A stretch of 64,000 nucleotides of DNA from an uncultured Verrucomicrobiae bacterium (GTDB taxonomy: Bacteria; Verrucomicrobiota; Verrucomicrobiia; Limisphaerales; Palsa-1400), in assembly GCA_963764165.1 (NCBI GenBank), contig CAVXRD010000004.1, forward strand, positions 576,001 to 640,000. Reading direction: 5' to 3'. The notes beneath the pieces are model-generated. The model was not told the DNA's origin. It saw only the letters and a list, made by a program, of their open reading frames with translations, and did not search any database. Both the position numbers and the translations under genes were made by a program. Positions 20,047 through 31,613 of this stretch are shown here, one piece after another (within the stretch, counting starts at the first letter, position 1; each line of letters opens with the position of its first letter).

Positions 20047-20754
20047 CTACAGCAACTGGGTGAAAAACCGATGCCAGCGCGGCTGATAGTAGTGGTCGTG
20101 GTCCAGCGACAACACAACGCCGATGGCGCGCCCCACAATTTTGCCCCGCGGCACAGTTCCCCAAAAACGCGAATCGTTGCTGTTATCTCGATTGTCACCC
20201 ATCACGAAATACCCTCCCTCGGGCACTGTCGTTGAATCGAACGTTCGACGCGCTGGGCGTTCCGGCAGAATAGTTAAAGGATGGGCCGGGCTATTCAGCA
20301 GTTTTTCACGAGTGTAAACCCGTGCGCCGTTGTTGTCGGGGGGGACGTCATGCCCCGTTGTATCCGGCAACGGTTCATAGGCCGCAGGCTGGCCGTTTAC
20401 AAAAAGGCGTTCGTCCCGAAGCTCCACCTTGTCGCCAGGCAATCCCACCACCCGCTTCACGAGCCGCGTTCCATCGACAGGCGAGAAAAAGACAATGATA
20501 TCGCCGCGCTTCGGATTTCCCCATGTCGCAATATGCCAGGTAGTAAAGGGGACCTTGAGGTCGTAGGCCAGCTTGTTAACGAAAACCCGGTCGCCTTGCA
20601 CGATGGTCGGATTCATCGAGCCGCTGGGGACGTCATTCCAATCCGCGATGGCCGACCGCACCGCCATCAAAATCAAAATCATCAACAGCAGCGATTTGGC
20701 TTCGCGAGCGAAATTTTTCCAGCGATCCTTTCCAACTGGCTTCGATTCATCCAT
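20047..20754 (-). CDS. lepB: Signal peptidase I
   Basis: VPSGSMNPT, LVKRVVGLPGD, GDNRDNSNDSRFWG. Confidence 0.95.
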   Translation of the reverse strand: MDESKPVGKDRWKNFAREAKSLLLMILILMAVRSAIADWNDVPSGSMNPTIVQGDRVFVNKLAYDLKVPFTTWHIATWGNPKRGDIIVFFSPVDGTRLVKRVVGLPGDKVELRDERLFVNGQPAAYEPLPDTTGHDVPPDNNGARVYTREKLLNSPAHPLTILPERPARRTFDSTTVPEGGYFVMGDNRDNSNDSRFWGTVPRGKIVGRAIGVVLSLDHDHYYQPRWHRFFTQLL

Positions 20755-20785
20755 GGAAAATTAGACACGCAGCCCAATGCAGCGT

Positions 20786-21634
20786 TTAATAATAAAAAGA
20801 GGGCCCGGGGCCGGAGCGAATGGTGAACTGCTGGAACGGCCGCCACTCAACGTGCCCGTCGAACATGCCGATGTTTCCGCCCGAGGGAACTTTCTGATTC
20901 AGCATGTGCGCGCTCGTGAATGATTTGAGCACCGGGACATCCGGATCGTCCGTATGTGGAATATCCGACCACTGAAAGTTCTTGAAGGTGTTGTAGGACG
21001 ACGACATGGAATCGCTCGCCGCGACGGTGCAGCACGCCAGCAAAACACGCGTCGACGCGCGAATCGGGTAGGAGACTCCGTTAACGACGATTGGCTCAGT
21101 TCGCAAGCGCGCATTGATATTCGTGGCCAGAAGAAATCCAGACGTCGACGCGTAACCGCTTACACCCGGCAGCGTCAGCGAATAGCCGACCACACGGAGC
21201 TCATCGTCATCGTCGTATTCAATGCCTGCGTTATTCCAGGATGTGACCAAGTCAGCGTCTGAATACTTCCCATACAATCCGGGATCATACCAAACTTTGT
21301 AAGTCGCACCGTAGGCTGCCAGGGAACTCCCATCGCCGTACGCAAGATCCCACGGCTGATGGGCGCCGACATCAAGCGGCAAATAATCCTTGTTTTCGTG
21401 GGCGTACATAATGAACGCCAGGGTTTCCTGCCGCTCATTGTTTTTGCACGATGTGCGGATGGCTTGATCCTTGGCTTTCGAGAGGGCTGGGAGCAAAAGT
21501 GCGGCAAGAATCGCAATAATGGCGATGACGACCAAAAGTTCTATGAGGGTGAAACCATCCGAACGCTGGCCGCAGGCAGCGCCACTGGCACGAGGGGAGG
21601 CCTGCTGAGGCCGCCTTGAAGGTGTTTCGGGCAT
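20786..21634 (-). CDS. Prepilin-type N-terminal cleavage/methylation protein with H-X9-DG motif
   Basis: [30 protein letters not shown]-terminal H...[13 protein letters not shown]. Start uncertain (21634 or 21706). Confidence 0.9.
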   Translation of the reverse strand: MPETPSRRPQQASPRASGAACGQRSDGFTLIELLVVIAIIAILAALLLPALSKAKDQAIRTSCKNNERQETLAFIMYAHENKDYLPLDVGAHQPWDLAYGDGSSLAAYGATYKVWYDPGLYGKYSDADLVTSWNNAGIEYDDDDELRVVGYSLTLPGVSGYASTSGFLLATNINARLRTEPIVVNGVSYPIRASTRVLLACCTVAASDSMSSSYNTFKNFQWSDIPHTDDPDVPVLKSFTSAHMLNQKVPSGGNIGMFDGHVEWRPFQQFTIRSGPGPSFYY

Positions 21635-21799
21635 GAGCTGGCACCGCGCACGTGTCGAGCCGATCCGCACTGAACGCAATGACGGAAGGGACTTTATGGG
21701 AGTCACATAATTGTTGCAACGATAATTTTATGGTTTTTTTGGGCCTGCCACCCTCCTGCTCTTCCCCTCCTTCAAGAGTCCCGCCTGCTGCCGGCGGCC

Positions 21800-22759
21800 T
21801 CATTGCGGCGCGAACTTCCGCTCGATGATGGTCTCGATTTCAACCTTTTCCAACTTCGCTGATGCGTGATTCGGATCGACCCGCTCCAGCCGGTAGGCGC
21901 CTTTTTCCAATTGCTCCGCCGACATTTCCGCCTTCAATTCCTCCGCCATCTGCGAGGCGTTGGGAATGCCGCGCCGGGCCGCCAAGCTCATCCAGGCGTA
22001 AGCCTCCGGCAAATCCACGTCAGTTCCGCGCCCGTGCCAATGGCAAAGAGCCGCTTCAAATTCCGCCATTGGCAATCCTTTGGCCGCCGCGGTGGAGAAC
22101 CACCTGAAAGCTTCCGCCTCGTCGACAGCCGTCCCGGAACCTTGCTGGAAGCAACGGCCAAGATTGAATTCCGCCTCGGCCACTCCGGCGCTGGCTGCTT
22201 TCCGATACCACTCGATGGCTTCCTTTTCGTTCTTCTCAATCCCCTCGCCCGTTTGCAGGCACGCTCCCAAACTCATCTCGCCCGCGGGATCGCCTGCGTC
22301 GGCGGCTCTGCGGAACCAGAACACGGCTTCCTTCGGGCTCGTGTAGGCACCCAAGCCCTTTTGCAAACAGAGACCCAGGCTCACTTGCGCGCCGATGTTG
22401 TTTTGCTCGGCCGCTTCACGGAAAAGCGCGACCGCCTGCTCATAATCCTGCGCGACGCCCTGCCCGTTGGCATAACAGACGCCAAGGCTGAATTGGCCGC
22501 GCTGGTCGCCGAGCTTGGCGGCTTCGCCGTACCAATGGGCCGCCTCAGTATAATTCTGCTCCACGCCATCGCCCTCCGCATAGCACGTGGCCAATTCCAC
22601 TTGCGCCTCAACATTGCCGCGGCGGGCGGCCATCAGCATTTGGGCATGGCGGCCTTTGAGAACCATTCGCTTGACAGGCGCTTTCTTCGGCGCCATCAAT
22701 TTTTTGGCGCTGAAGATCAGGCTCCAGAAGCCCATGAAAATAACTTTAAGAAATTTCAT
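21800..22759 (-). CDS. SEL1-like repeat protein
   Basis: About six repeats of AQxxLGxCYxxGxGVxxD/N...AxxWYxxAA. Confidence 0.93.
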   Translation of the reverse strand: MKFLKVIFMGFWSLIFSAKKLMAPKKAPVKRMVLKGRHAQMLMAARRGNVEAQVELATCYAEGDGVEQNYTEAAHWYGEAAKLGDQRGQFSLGVCYANGQGVAQDYEQAVALFREAAEQNNIGAQVSLGLCLQKGLGAYTSPKEAVFWFRRAADAGDPAGEMSLGACLQTGEGIEKNEKEAIEWYRKAASAGVAEAEFNLGRCFQQGSGTAVDEAEAFRWFSTAAAKGLPMAEFEAALCHWHGRGTDVDLPEAYAWMSLAARRGIPNASQMAEELKAEMSAEQLEKGAYRLERVDPNHASAKLEKVEIETIIERKFAPQ

Positions 22760-22804
22760 CGTGTTGATTTATTTTGGTCTGGTTCGCTCATTTTTCGCCG
22801 TGCG

Positions 22805-23137
22805 TCAAATTCCCATGTTCGCCAGCAGGTTCGCAATACGGTTGACCACCCCAGACAACGCCGGATGCGTGGTTTCAAATTCCGTGACGGACGAACTCAA
22901 GCCGCCGATGGAATGGTTCAAAGTCTCCGCGTTCCGTTCGCTTCGCGTCGCTTCCCGGGTCGAGGCCTCGGCAAAAGCCGCGATGCTTTCCGCTTCTGCC
23001 TGGTGGGTTTTTGACAGGGCGTGAATTTCGGTGCGAAGCCGCCCGAGCAAGTTTAACAACTCCTCGCGCTGCTCACTGCCAAGCGCGCTTGAGGCCTGGA
23101 CCCGGCTTTCGATTTTCGATACGGTATCCTGCAACAT
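22805..23137 (-). CDS. DUF4404 family protein
   Basis: C-terminal FETTHPALSGVVNRIANLLANMGI. Confidence 0.85.
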   Translation of the reverse strand: MLQDTVSKIESRVQASSALGSEQREELLNLLGRLRTEIHALSKTHQAEAESIAAFAEASTREATRSERNAETLNHSIGGLSSSVTEFETTHPALSGVVNRIANLLANMGI

Positions 23138-23196
23138 ACAGAGCTGACTTCCTTTGCCCTTATCATATCAGAAATTCGCGGGTAAGCAAATGGGAG

Positions 23197-23609
23197 CTAA
23201 AAATCTCCCACATGGCGCCTCGAGGCTTTCTTGACCGCGCGATGGGATTTGTCGGCGAGAATTCGCGCCTTCGCTCCCCGGCTCTTTTTGCGTTTTTGCC
23301 GGCGAATCTTTTCAATCCGGGACACCTCGGCCGCCACCTGCCCGGTCTGCCGCTCTTCAATTTTGTCGAGCAGTATTCGCCGGGCGATAAATCGATTGAG
23401 CCCCTGTTGGCGGGTCTCCTGGCACTTCACCTGCAGGCCAGTTGGGCGGTGAAGCAGCATGACGCACGTCGCTGATTTATTCACATTTTGCCCGCCATGC
23501 CCACCCGATCTGACAAACGTTTCTTCAATGTCGGCGTCACGCACCCGAGCGCAGCCATTCGCTGCGCAAGTAGCTGCGACTTTTCTGTGCTTACCGGAAA
23601 CGCGGTCAT
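23197..23609 (-). pseudogene. GGQ peptide-chain-release-factor-like peptidyl-tRNA hydrolase with a 1-nt frameshift near 23545
   Basis: ATG 23609 gives [22 protein letters not shown] in one frame. [23 protein letters not shown] and a basic tail follow in the -1 frame. The junction reads CTC GGG TGC where LGV needs a fourth G. This may be an assembly error, or an intact 115-aa gene from GTG 23544. Confidence 0.7.
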
Positions 23610-23783
23610 GTCTTTAGAGTAGGTGAATTGATCAACAACCTCAAGACCCAGCTGAAATCGGTTACTTCAAACTGGCGTGGGACAAGATTCTTCATTAAGC
23701 ATCAATTCCCGACGCCAGCGCATATAGGCACTGAAGATACGCTTGAGGAAACATCTGGCGCGCGGGAAATCTCGAAACCTCCG

Positions 23784-23949
23784 AAGCGCCGTAGGCGCGG
23801 CACCGTTGTAGAAAAACATCCGAAACCATTCCCGAGCTCCGCAGGAGCGGCATTGGAAGCAGCGAGTTGTGCTGAGCAGGTGCCGCTCCTGACGGAGCTT
23901 GAAAACCTCTTGGCATCGTTTCTACAACGGTACCGCGCCTACGGCGCTT
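23784..23949. repeat. Nested inverted-repeat element (agctccgtaggagcggcat family)
   Basis: Outer arms aagcgccgtaggcgcggcaccgttgtagaaa / tttctacaacggtaccgcgcctacggcgctt; inner arms agctccgcaggagcggca / tgccgctcctgacggagct. A partial copy lies at 25026-25044. Confidence 0.85.
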
Positions 23950-24074
23950 GGCGGCAACGCGGAATGAAGAATTTTGCCTTGCATCCAAGTCAGACTTCCG
24001 ATGCGCCAGCCACGCAAATATGCGCCGGTCAAATTTAGTGATTCAGCGACCTCAGGCATCCGCATTCGAATTCT

Positions 24075-24788
24075 TTATTTTCCACGGGGCTGCGGCGTTA
24101 AATAATTTGTGCAGTGGGGCCCCCCAAAACTTGCAGCCATCTCAATTTTCTTCGAGCTTGAGTAGTCAACAAAATCCTGATCCCGGATGTTCAATAACTC
24201 ATTGCTGCCTACAATCGTCATCCTTTCCCTCTCCGAGTACAGATCACTGTTTTGGCGAAGTTCAATGAGCGATCCCGAGGGCATCAGGAAAATTACATCC
24301 ACTTTTCGTTCCCAATAAACGCTCACCAACAAATTTGTGGCGGGCTTCCCGGCATTATTCTCTCCCGCGTTCATTACAGAATATGCACTGACCACGCACG
24401 GATAAGCACGCTCAAGATTTGTAAAATTGATCGACATGACACTCCCAAAATTGGTCGCCACTTTGTAGAATGCATTTGACTCCGCCAGCAACAACGGCTC
24501 AGGAGCGCTCTTGGCGTGCTCCGGACGGTCAATTGCCCCGTTGTTCCTCATTTTCGTGACGGCGCTCAGCCTGCCCGATGAAAAAAAACCAAACGAATAT
24601 CCGTGGGCATCAATCCTCCCTTCAAGCCACCTCAGAGCGGGTGGATACGCATAGGCATACCTAACATCATCCCTGGTTATGGGTTTCTGGATTGGAAGCT
24701 GCAGCCTGTCTGCAAAGTAATTTGCCTCGGTAAGCATAAGGGCAATCGCAACGTATTTATACGCCAGTGGAATTGTGGTAGCGCTCAT
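24075..24788 (-). CDS. Hypothetical protein, visibly lower GC than its neighbours
   Basis: 237-aa ORF with a hydrophobic N-terminus and an ATGA overlap with the upstream small ORF. Confidence 0.65.
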   Translation of the reverse strand: MSATTIPLAYKYVAIALMLTEANYFADRLQLPIQKPITRDDVRYAYAYPPALRWLEGRIDAHGYSFGFFSSGRLSAVTKMRNNGAIDRPEHAKSAPEPLLLAESNAFYKVATNFGSVMSINFTNLERAYPCVVSAYSVMNAGENNAGKPATNLLVSVYWERKVDVIFLMPSGSLIELRQNSDLYSERERMTIVGSNELLNIRDQDFVDYSSSKKIEMAASFGGPHCTNYLTPQPRGK

Positions 24789-24874
24789 TTCCTAGTGGTG
24801 GCCTTGCCTAACGCTGTTACGGCGAGCACAATGGCCGCAGACAACAAATACTGCTGCACAATTCTAGATTTCAT
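24785..24874 (-). CDS. 29-aa hydrophobic small ORF or gene remnant
   Basis: MKSRIVQQYLLSAAIVLAVTALGKATTRK*; its stop overlaps the next ATG. Confidence 0.35.
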   Translation of the reverse strand: MKSRIVQQYLLSAAIVLAVTALGKATTRK

Positions 24875-25108
24875 ACGCCCGCCAAGGAATTACCCACGAA
24901 TGAGCGACACCGTCAAGCTGCAGCGGTCAACACCGTCATTCGGGTGCGTAGGAGGAACTCGCGGCCACCCAGCGCCAGAGGCGCGGAATCTTTAATAGAA
25001 ACGCCCCCGGCAAAAACATCTTCGAAGCTCCCTCGGAGCGGCATTATCCGCGCTGGGTGGATACCTGTGCGCCCGTTGTAGTTACGTTGTTTTACGCCCG
25101 CCAAGCGG

Positions 25109-27655
25109 CTAAGCCAGATTTCCAATCCGGCGCAGACGCAGCGATGGCTCGGCCAGTTTCCGGGATTCTTCAAGGTCCACCACAAACTCCGCCACCCAAT
25201 CATTATGCTCCTCCGGATCCACCAGCATTTGCTGCACTCGCCAGGTCTTCTTGTCGTCGGAGGGCAACACGTAGGTATGGCGGGCATTGCGCGCATTGGG
25301 GTCGAGGTTGATGGCCTTGTGCTCGACGCTATAAGCCTGCAACGCCTGCCGCAAACGCTCGGCAGTCCAAGGTTGGCCGTCGAGATCTTGAGGCGAGCTA
25401 AGGTGGCCGATGGCCTGGTCAAGATCGCCGATAACAAGCCCGCGCAAGAAATAGAAAATGCGAATGCGAATGGCTGCCGTGAAGGCTTTGACGTCCCGCG
25501 TGATGTCCTGCGCTGCCTCCTCGGCCCCGGGCGGGCGGACTTCCGCCCTTTCGGCCCGCAGGTATTTCGGGTCGCGCATTTTCTCCCATTCGTCCAGCAG
25601 GCTGGAATCGACCTGGCGAATCATGGTGCCCAAATAAAGCTCCATCTCGCGCAACTGATCGTTCTTGGCCGCGTCGGGCACGGTTTGCGTCAGCGTTTTG
25701 AAAACGTTGTTGAGATGGCGCAGCAGGACGCCCTCGGCTCGTTGCAATTCATAGTCGCGAATGTAATCGGAAAAGGTGCGGAACGATTCGAACATCTCCC
25801 GAGCGATGGATTTCAGGCGGATGTTTTCCTGCCCGACCCACGGGTGCTTGGCGGTGAAATTGTTGAACGTCGAATAGACGAATTCGCGGTTCGGTTTTGG
25901 ATGCTCGAGCTTCTCGAGTTCGTCCATCCGCTGATTGTAATCGAGCCCTTCCATACGCATCTCCGCCATCCTCTGGTCCTTCACTTTATCCAACTGTTTG
26001 CGCAGGATGATATCGGGATCCTCCAGGATGGATTCAACAAGCGTGAGAAGCACCAGGGCGTAGTCCGGCGACTGCGGATCCACGAGCGGAATCGTGTCAA
26101 GCAAATAGAGCGAAAGCGCCTGGTCCATCGAAAAATCCTCCTGCAGATTCACATTCACGCGCAGATAGGCCCCATCTTCGGTCTGCGGGATAAATTCGAT
26201 GATCTTTCGATCCACCAGCGACCGAAACAATTGCCAGGCGCGCTTGGTGTGCTCCTTTTTCGCCTTGGGAGTTTCGTGGCAGTTGTGGATTAATTTTTGC
26301 ATCGCGCCGCAGCCGTCGCCTCGGCGGCTCAGCACATTGAGCAGCATGCCGTGCGTTACCTGGAATCGGGACGTCAGCTTCTCCGGCGGCGCGTTGATCA
26401 AACGAATGAACGTTTGCTTGTCCCAGTTGACGAAATTCTTCTCGGGAGGCTTGCGTTTGACTGATTTCTTGCCGTCTTTGGCCTTGGCATCCAGCTTGAT
26501 GTTTTCAATGGTGTGTTCCGGGGCTTGGGCCACGACCCATCCGCGATCATCGAATCCTTTTCGCCCCGCGCGCCCGGAAATCTGGTGAAAATCGCGCGCG
26601 GCCAGGATGCCTGTTTTCTGCCCATCGAATTTGCAGAGGCGGGTGAATAGCGCGGTGCGGATTGGCATATTAATCCCGGCCCCGAGTGTGTCCGTTCCAC
26701 AAATGACTTTAAGGAATCCTTTTTGTGTCAGTTGTTCGACCAAAACGCGGTATTTCGGCAATAGCCCGGCGTGATGCAATCCGATCCCGTGCTTGAGCCA
26801 TCTTCGGATATCGGGTCCATATGGGCTGGTGAATTTGAATCCTTCAAGCGCCGTGCTGATGGCATTCTTTTCTTCGCGGGTGCAGACGTTGATGCTCGTG
26901 AAATCCTGCGCGCTCTGGGCCGCCTCCAATTGCGTGAAGTGGACGACATACACCGGCGCCTTGCCTTCGGCGACGAGGCTTTCCAAAGTGCTGGCCAGTG
27001 ACAATTCGGAGTAAGCGTGTTCGAGAGGAACAGGACGGTCCGTCGAGGAAATGGTCACAGTGGGGCGGCCATTCAGGCGGGTCAATTCCGTTTCAAAAAA
27101 AGTGGTGTCGCCCAGCGTGGCGGACATCAAGAGGAACCGCGCCTGAGGCATGGTCAGCAACGGAACCTGCCAGGCCACTCCGCGCTCCCGGTCGGCGTAA
27201 TAATGGAATTCGTCCATGACCACTTCCTGCACATTGGCCGCCGCTCCTTCGCGGAGAGCGATGTTGGCCAGAATCTCGGCAGTGCAGCAAAGAATCGGGG
27301 CCTCGCGATTGACCGAGGCATCACCGGTGCTCAACCCGACGTTTTCCGGACCAAACTCGCGGCACAACGCGATGAACTTCTCGTTGACGAGCGCCTTGAT
27401 CGGGCACGTATAGACCGAGCGCTTCCCTTGCGCCAAAGCCTTGAAATGAAGCGCGGCCGCGACCAGCGATTTGCCGGAGCCGGTCGGAGTATTGAGAATG
27501 ACGTTTTTTCCCTCGAACAACTCCAGAATGGCTGATTCCTGCGCCGCATAAAGCTGAAGCTGCCGACCTTCGACATATTCAAGGAAAAGCCCCAGCAGCA
27601 CATCGCTGCCGGGCCGATCGTTTTTCGGAATCAGGTCATAAAGCGTCGCGGCCAT
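25109..27655 (-). CDS. Ski2/HelY-like DExH helicase with DUF3516-type C-terminus
   Basis: [40 protein letters not shown]. Confidence 0.94.
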   Translation of the reverse strand: MAATLYDLIPKNDRPGSDVLLGLFLEYVEGRQLQLYAAQESAILELFEGKNVILNTPTGSGKSLVAAALHFKALAQGKRSVYTCPIKALVNEKFIALCREFGPENVGLSTGDASVNREAPILCCTAEILANIALREGAAANVQEVVMDEFHYYADRERGVAWQVPLLTMPQARFLLMSATLGDTTFFETELTRLNGRPTVTISSTDRPVPLEHAYSELSLASTLESLVAEGKAPVYVVHFTQLEAAQSAQDFTSINVCTREEKNAISTALEGFKFTSPYGPDIRRWLKHGIGLHHAGLLPKYRVLVEQLTQKGFLKVICGTDTLGAGINMPIRTALFTRLCKFDGQKTGILAARDFHQISGRAGRKGFDDRGWVVAQAPEHTIENIKLDAKAKDGKKSVKRKPPEKNFVNWDKQTFIRLINAPPEKLTSRFQVTHGMLLNVLSRRGDGCGAMQKLIHNCHETPKAKKEHTKRAWQLFRSLVDRKIIEFIPQTEDGAYLRVNVNLQEDFSMDQALSLYLLDTIPLVDPQSPDYALVLLTLVESILEDPDIILRKQLDKVKDQRMAEMRMEGLDYNQRMDELEKLEHPKPNREFVYSTFNNFTAKHPWVGQENIRLKSIAREMFESFRTFSDYIRDYELQRAEGVLLRHLNNVFKTLTQTVPDAAKNDQLREMELYLGTMIRQVDSSLLDEWEKMRDPKYLRAERAEVRPPGAEEAAQDITRDVKAFTAAIRIRIFYFLRGLVIGDLDQAIGHLSSPQDLDGQPWTAERLRQALQAYSVEHKAINLDPNARNARHTYVLPSDDKKTWRVQQMLVDPEEHNDWVAEFVVDLEESRKLAEPSLRLRRIGNLA

Positions 27656-27793
27656 AAGGATGCAACCTTACCCCGTGGAAAACCCGGAGAGAAGAAAGAT
27701 GGTGGGATTTGTTCGGCAAAGTTCTCCGCTTTTTTTCAGAACGGCATTGCGCTCCGCCGCGAAATCCTGCACAACAGCGGCCCATTTTGAATC

Positions 27794-28465
27794 ATGAAAA
27801 AAGAGCCGAAAAAGTCGAATGACGCGCAACTGCTGGATTTGCTCAAGCGCGTCCTGCCCAAAGCAACGCCCGATGCGCAATTGGCTGACAAGATTTACCA
27901 CGCCATCGAAGGCGAACTCAAATCCAAGGCCCGCGTCCTGGCGTTCGAGAAATTTTGTGGCGGAATTGAATTGCCCGATCTGGAACAAAAGACGCTTGGC
28001 GACGTGAAACTCCAACTCGCCGCTTCCTTTGGCGATGGCGACATCACGCTCAAACCCAATAAAAAAGAGAAAAGCCTGTTGGTGGAGGTGTCGCTGCCCG
28101 ACGGCAATCAATTCAGCAGCGAGCTGAAAGTCGGCCCCGTTGCCGCCGCTGATAGCGACGAGCAGGAAGTGACACTGAAGTTTGTGCCTTTTCCAGTCTC
28201 CCTTCCGGGCGACAAAGAACTTGTGTGGCTCCTGGCCAAGCGCGAGAACATGACGCCTGAAGAGGGGGGCATCGCTCTGGCCAAAGTGGAGGAGGACTTC
28301 TGGGCATCCAAAGCAGGGCAGAAGCTGCTCCGTGACCGGGTCGAACGTAATTTTCCGGAGTTCATCGCCCGCGTATCAGGTGGCTTGCTGACCGAAGTCG
28401 GACTTAAGCGCCATTACAAAACTCCAGAACCGGTCAAGTTGCTGCGCACAGCGCCGATACGATAA
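27794..28465 (+). CDS. Hypothetical protein
   Basis: 223-aa ORF with natural composition that fills the gap; no motif recognised. Confidence 0.8.
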   Translation: MKKEPKKSNDAQLLDLLKRVLPKATPDAQLADKIYHAIEGELKSKARVLAFEKFCGGIELPDLEQKTLGDVKLQLAASFGDGDITLKPNKKEKSLLVEVSLPDGNQFSSELKVGPVAAADSDEQEVTLKFVPFPVSLPGDKELVWLLAKRENMTPEEGGIALAKVEEDFWASKAGQKLLRDRVERNFPEFIARVSGGLLTEVGLKRHYKTPEPVKLLRTAPIR

Positions 28466-28545
28466 GCGACCAACAATCCCGAAGGGAGAATGGCGCTTGC
28501 TTAAGCGCAAAGCCCAGATATGCAGAGAGTTGGGAATAGCCATCC

Positions 28546-28719
28546 AAGCGCCGTTAGGCGCGACATATTTGTAGAATACCTTCCTGCTGTGATCATTAGC
28601 TCCGTAGGAGCGGCATATTGGACCGGCACGCCGAATGCGACGAGTCGACCGATGCCGCTCCTACGGAGCTCCGGGCATTTCTTGGCTTTTGCCTACAAAT
28701 ATACCGCGCCGACGGCGCT
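28546..28719. repeat. Nested inverted-repeat element, same family as 23784-23949
   Basis: aagcgccgttaggcgcg...agctccgtaggagcggcat / atgccgctcctacggagct...cgcgccgacggcgct. Confidence 0.85.
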
Positions 28720-28816
28720 AAGAATCAAATTGTCATCTATCTTTCTGATAGAGTTTTGCGCATTAAGTAAGCGCCATTTTCCCGTTGGGATTGCCAAGCT
28801 TGCTCTCTCCAAGCCA

Positions 28817-31132
28817 CTAGCCGTGGAAAATTTCAGCCAGGCAAGTCAATAATACTTTTGCGTTGTAAGGTTTGGGCAGGAAGCGCTTTACTCCGGCGGC
28901 AGTGGCTTGGTTTTGGTGCTGGTCGCTGGAGAGGCCGCTGGCGAGGATGACATGAACATTGGGGTTGATCTGCTTGACTGCGCGAATCAGCGCGAATCCA
29001 TCCATCACCGGCATCATGGCATCTGTCAGCACAACGTGGATGCCATCATGGTGACGGGAATAAGTGGCCAGGGCATCAGCGCCATTGGCGGCCGTAAGAA
29101 CGATATAGCCGAAAGCTTCGAGCGTGTCCCGGGTGAGCGAACGCAAGGAGCCTTCGTCATCTACGACAAGGACGACTTCGCCGTTTCCGCGCGGGAGCTG
29201 GGTTTCTTCGTCTGGCGCGGGAGAAGGATCGCCGCCGGTTTCCGCGGGCAGCCAAACTTCGAATATGGACCCTTTTCCCAGCTCCGTAACGACGTTGATG
29301 AATCCGCCGTGACTGCGTACGATTCCCAACGCGGTGGAGAGGCCGAGACCGGTTCCTTTCCCCGCCTCTTTGGTGGTGAAAAATGGATCAAAAATCTTTT
29401 CCCTCGCCTCGGCAGGAATGCCAGTCCCGGTGTCAATTACTTTAATGACGACATATGGCCCCGGTTTGACTCCGTGAGACACGCCCGCGCTGCCCGCATC
29501 CACTGCGACATTCTCCGCCGTAATCCTCAGGACGCCTTCGTCCGGCATGGCGTCCCGAGCATTCACGCAAAGGTTGAGCAGCACTTGATGAAGCTGGGTG
29601 GGATCGCCTGAAAGCAGCCAAAGGTTCCTGGGGGTGCTGAATTCGATGCACAGGGACTTCGGAAACGTTTGGCGGGTGATATCCACCATTTCGCGAATGA
29701 GATGCTTGGGCTGCACGGCAATGCGCCGGCCCTCAACCCCGCGGGCAAAAGAGAGAATTTGCTTGACTAGATCGGTCCCGCGCTGCGCGCTGCGCTTGAT
29801 CATTTCGACCATGTCGCGCGTTCCCGCATTGCCAGCCTCCATTTGCAGCAGTTCGCATGACATGATGATTGGGGCCAGAACGTTATTGAGGTCGTGGGCG
29901 ATGCCGCCCGCGAGTGTGCCGATGTTTTCCATGCGCTGCGCGCGCAGAAATTGCGCTTCCAGCATTTTCTTTTCCGTGATGTCCTCAACCATGCCGATGG
30001 CATATTCCGCCTCGCCGGTCGGCCCTCGGACCACGGAGGCTGTCAGCCGCGCATGAACCACAGCCCCGTCTTTGCGCAAATAGCGCTTTTCAATCTGGAA
30101 GTGTTCGCGTTTTCCTTCGAGCATCTCCTGGTGCAAGGCCATGCCCGCCATCACGTCGTCCGGGTGGGTGAACTCGGAGAAGGGCCTTCCGCGCAGCTCG
30201 TCATCGGTGTAGCCGAGCATTTGCTGCAAGGCGCGATTGGTCTTTAAGAAATGGCCGCCGATCCTTATCAGCCCCACCCCCAACGGGGCATTGTCGAATG
30301 TGACCCGCAGCTCGGCCTCGCTTTCTCGAAGGCTCTCCTCCAGTTTCTTGCGCTCCGTGATGTCTTCCGCCGTGCCGACAATGCGGTACACCTTTCCATT
30401 TTCGTCGCGCAAAGGAAAGGCCCGGTCACGAATCCATCGCAAATTGCCGCTGGGGCGGACGATTCGATAAACCTCATCGTACTTGCCGCTCTCCTGTTTG
30501 GTGGAGGCCGCTTCGCGGATGCGCGGCCGGTCCCCGGGATGAATCGAGTCTAGCCAGCTTTGCGGCAAACGATAAAGGCTCTCGCATGTCCGTTCCCAGA
30601 TCCGTTCGTAGGCCGGGCTGATGTAAACCATCTGCTGCTTCTCCGGGTCGGTGATCCAAAAGACTTCGTTGATGTTCTCGGCCAATTGCCGGAATTTTCT
30701 TTCACTTTCAAGCAATTCGTCCTGAACCTGCCGGCGTTGCGCGCGCAAGCGCTGCTGCTCCAACGCTCCGCGCACGGCGCCTCCCAGGCGCACCAAGCTG
30801 TCCTTGAGAAGGTAATCGTTGGCTCCGTGTTTCATGGCTTCCACGGCCATGTCTTCACCCACCGTTCCGGAGATCAGAAGGAATGGGATGTTCAATCCGC
30901 TTTCCTGCAAAAGCTTTGCCGCCTCCAAACCAGTGAACTGGGGCATGGCAAAATCGGAAAGGATGATGTCCGGGCGATTTGCGATTTCGGCCAGAAACGA
31001 CTTTTCCGTTTGCACGCGTTTCCATTTCGGATCGAATCCGGCCCGGCGCAATTCAATCAGAATCAGCTCCGCATCGGCTTCCGAATCTTCGACGATCAAA
31101 ACGTTGAGAGGGGTTGGCATGAATCCAATCAA
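28817..31132 (-). CDS. Hybrid sensor kinase REC-PAS-PAS-HisKA-HATPase-REC
   Basis: VLIVEDS, two PAS/PAC domains, [27 protein letters not shown]-terminal receiver. The start may be ATG 31120. Confidence 0.95.
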   Translation of the reverse strand: MIGFMPTPLNVLIVEDSEADAELILIELRRAGFDPKWKRVQTEKSFLAEIANRPDIILSDFAMPQFTGLEAAKLLQESGLNIPFLLISGTVGEDMAVEAMKHGANDYLLKDSLVRLGGAVRGALEQQRLRAQRRQVQDELLESERKFRQLAENINEVFWITDPEKQQMVYISPAYERIWERTCESLYRLPQSWLDSIHPGDRPRIREAASTKQESGKYDEVYRIVRPSGNLRWIRDRAFPLRDENGKVYRIVGTAEDITERKKLEESLRESEAELRVTFDNAPLGVGLIRIGGHFLKTNRALQQMLGYTDDELRGRPFSEFTHPDDVMAGMALHQEMLEGKREHFQIEKRYLRKDGAVVHARLTASVVRGPTGEAEYAIGMVEDITEKKMLEAQFLRAQRMENIGTLAGGIAHDLNNVLAPIIMSCELLQMEAGNAGTRDMVEMIKRSAQRGTDLVKQILSFARGVEGRRIAVQPKHLIREMVDITRQTFPKSLCIEFSTPRNLWLLSGDPTQLHQVLLNLCVNARDAMPDEGVLRITAENVAVDAGSAGVSHGVKPGPYVVIKVIDTGTGIPAEAREKIFDPFFTTKEAGKGTGLGLSTALGIVRSHGGFINVVTELGKGSIFEVWLPAETGGDPSPAPDEETQLPRGNGEVVLVVDDEGSLRSLTRDTLEAFGYIVLTAANGADALATYSRHHDGIHVVLTDAMMPVMDGFALIRAVKQINPNVHVILASGLSSDQHQNQATAAGVKRFLPKPYNAKVLLTCLAEIFHG

Positions 31133-31479
31133 GGTCTGGCCTCGCGGGCGTTAGATGGTTCATCGGCCGCGGGTTTCTCCCGCGACCCGCCTTCGACGGC
31201 TTGTGTCAGCAAAGCGGGAAGCGAAACCTCCAAACTGCGGGCCAGTTTCTCCAAGGTCTTCAGGGTCACATTGCGGCTGCCTGACTCAACGCCTGCAACA
31301 TAAGTCCGATGCAGGCCCGAACGTTCGGCCAAGGTCTCCTGCGAAATATCCAAACCGTGGCGCAAACGCCGAACGGCCAAACCCAATTGCGAGGTGATCT
31401 GCGATGCGTCCCTTCCTGCTCCGACAGAAGTTGAATCTAATTCTATCCGAAAACTGACTGGAATCTTCTCTACCGTCAT
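31129..31479 (-). CDS. XRE family helix-turn-helix regulator
   Basis: ISQETLAERSGLHRTYVAGVESGSRNVTL. Confidence 0.9.
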   Translation of the reverse strand: MTVEKIPVSFRIELDSTSVGAGRDASQITSQLGLAVRRLRHGLDISQETLAERSGLHRTYVAGVESGSRNVTLKTLEKLARSLEVSLPALLTQAVEGGSREKPAADEPSNAREARP

Positions 31480-31561
31480 GTAATTACAATTGACGGCACC
31501 GGACGGGGTTTCACATGTGAGTGAACTGCTTTGACACTTGTCAGTGCGGAGAGAAACGCCA

Positions 31562-31580
31562 TGTCAGGAGAACGCCTGAC
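31562..31580. promoter_or_regulatory. Palindrome GTCAGG-N6-CCTGAC, candidate NarL/LuxR-type binding site
   Basis: tgtcaggagaacgcctgac lies between the response regulator and the XRE gene. Confidence 0.45.
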
Positions 31581-31613
31581 CGGTGGCGGGATATCTGTTG
31601 GTTTTTTGATTCC

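Noticed and set aside
23784..25044. Repeat-flanked low-GC gene as an integron cassette
   Set aside because: No integrase, and the repeats lack RYYYAAC/GTTRRRY attC ends. The same family occurs at an ordinary locus (28546).
25109..28465. Helicase plus hypothetical gene (or the methyltransferase) as an anti-phage defence system
   Set aside because: The helicase is the widespread DUF3516 type, the genes are divergent, and there is no nuclease or defence-island context.
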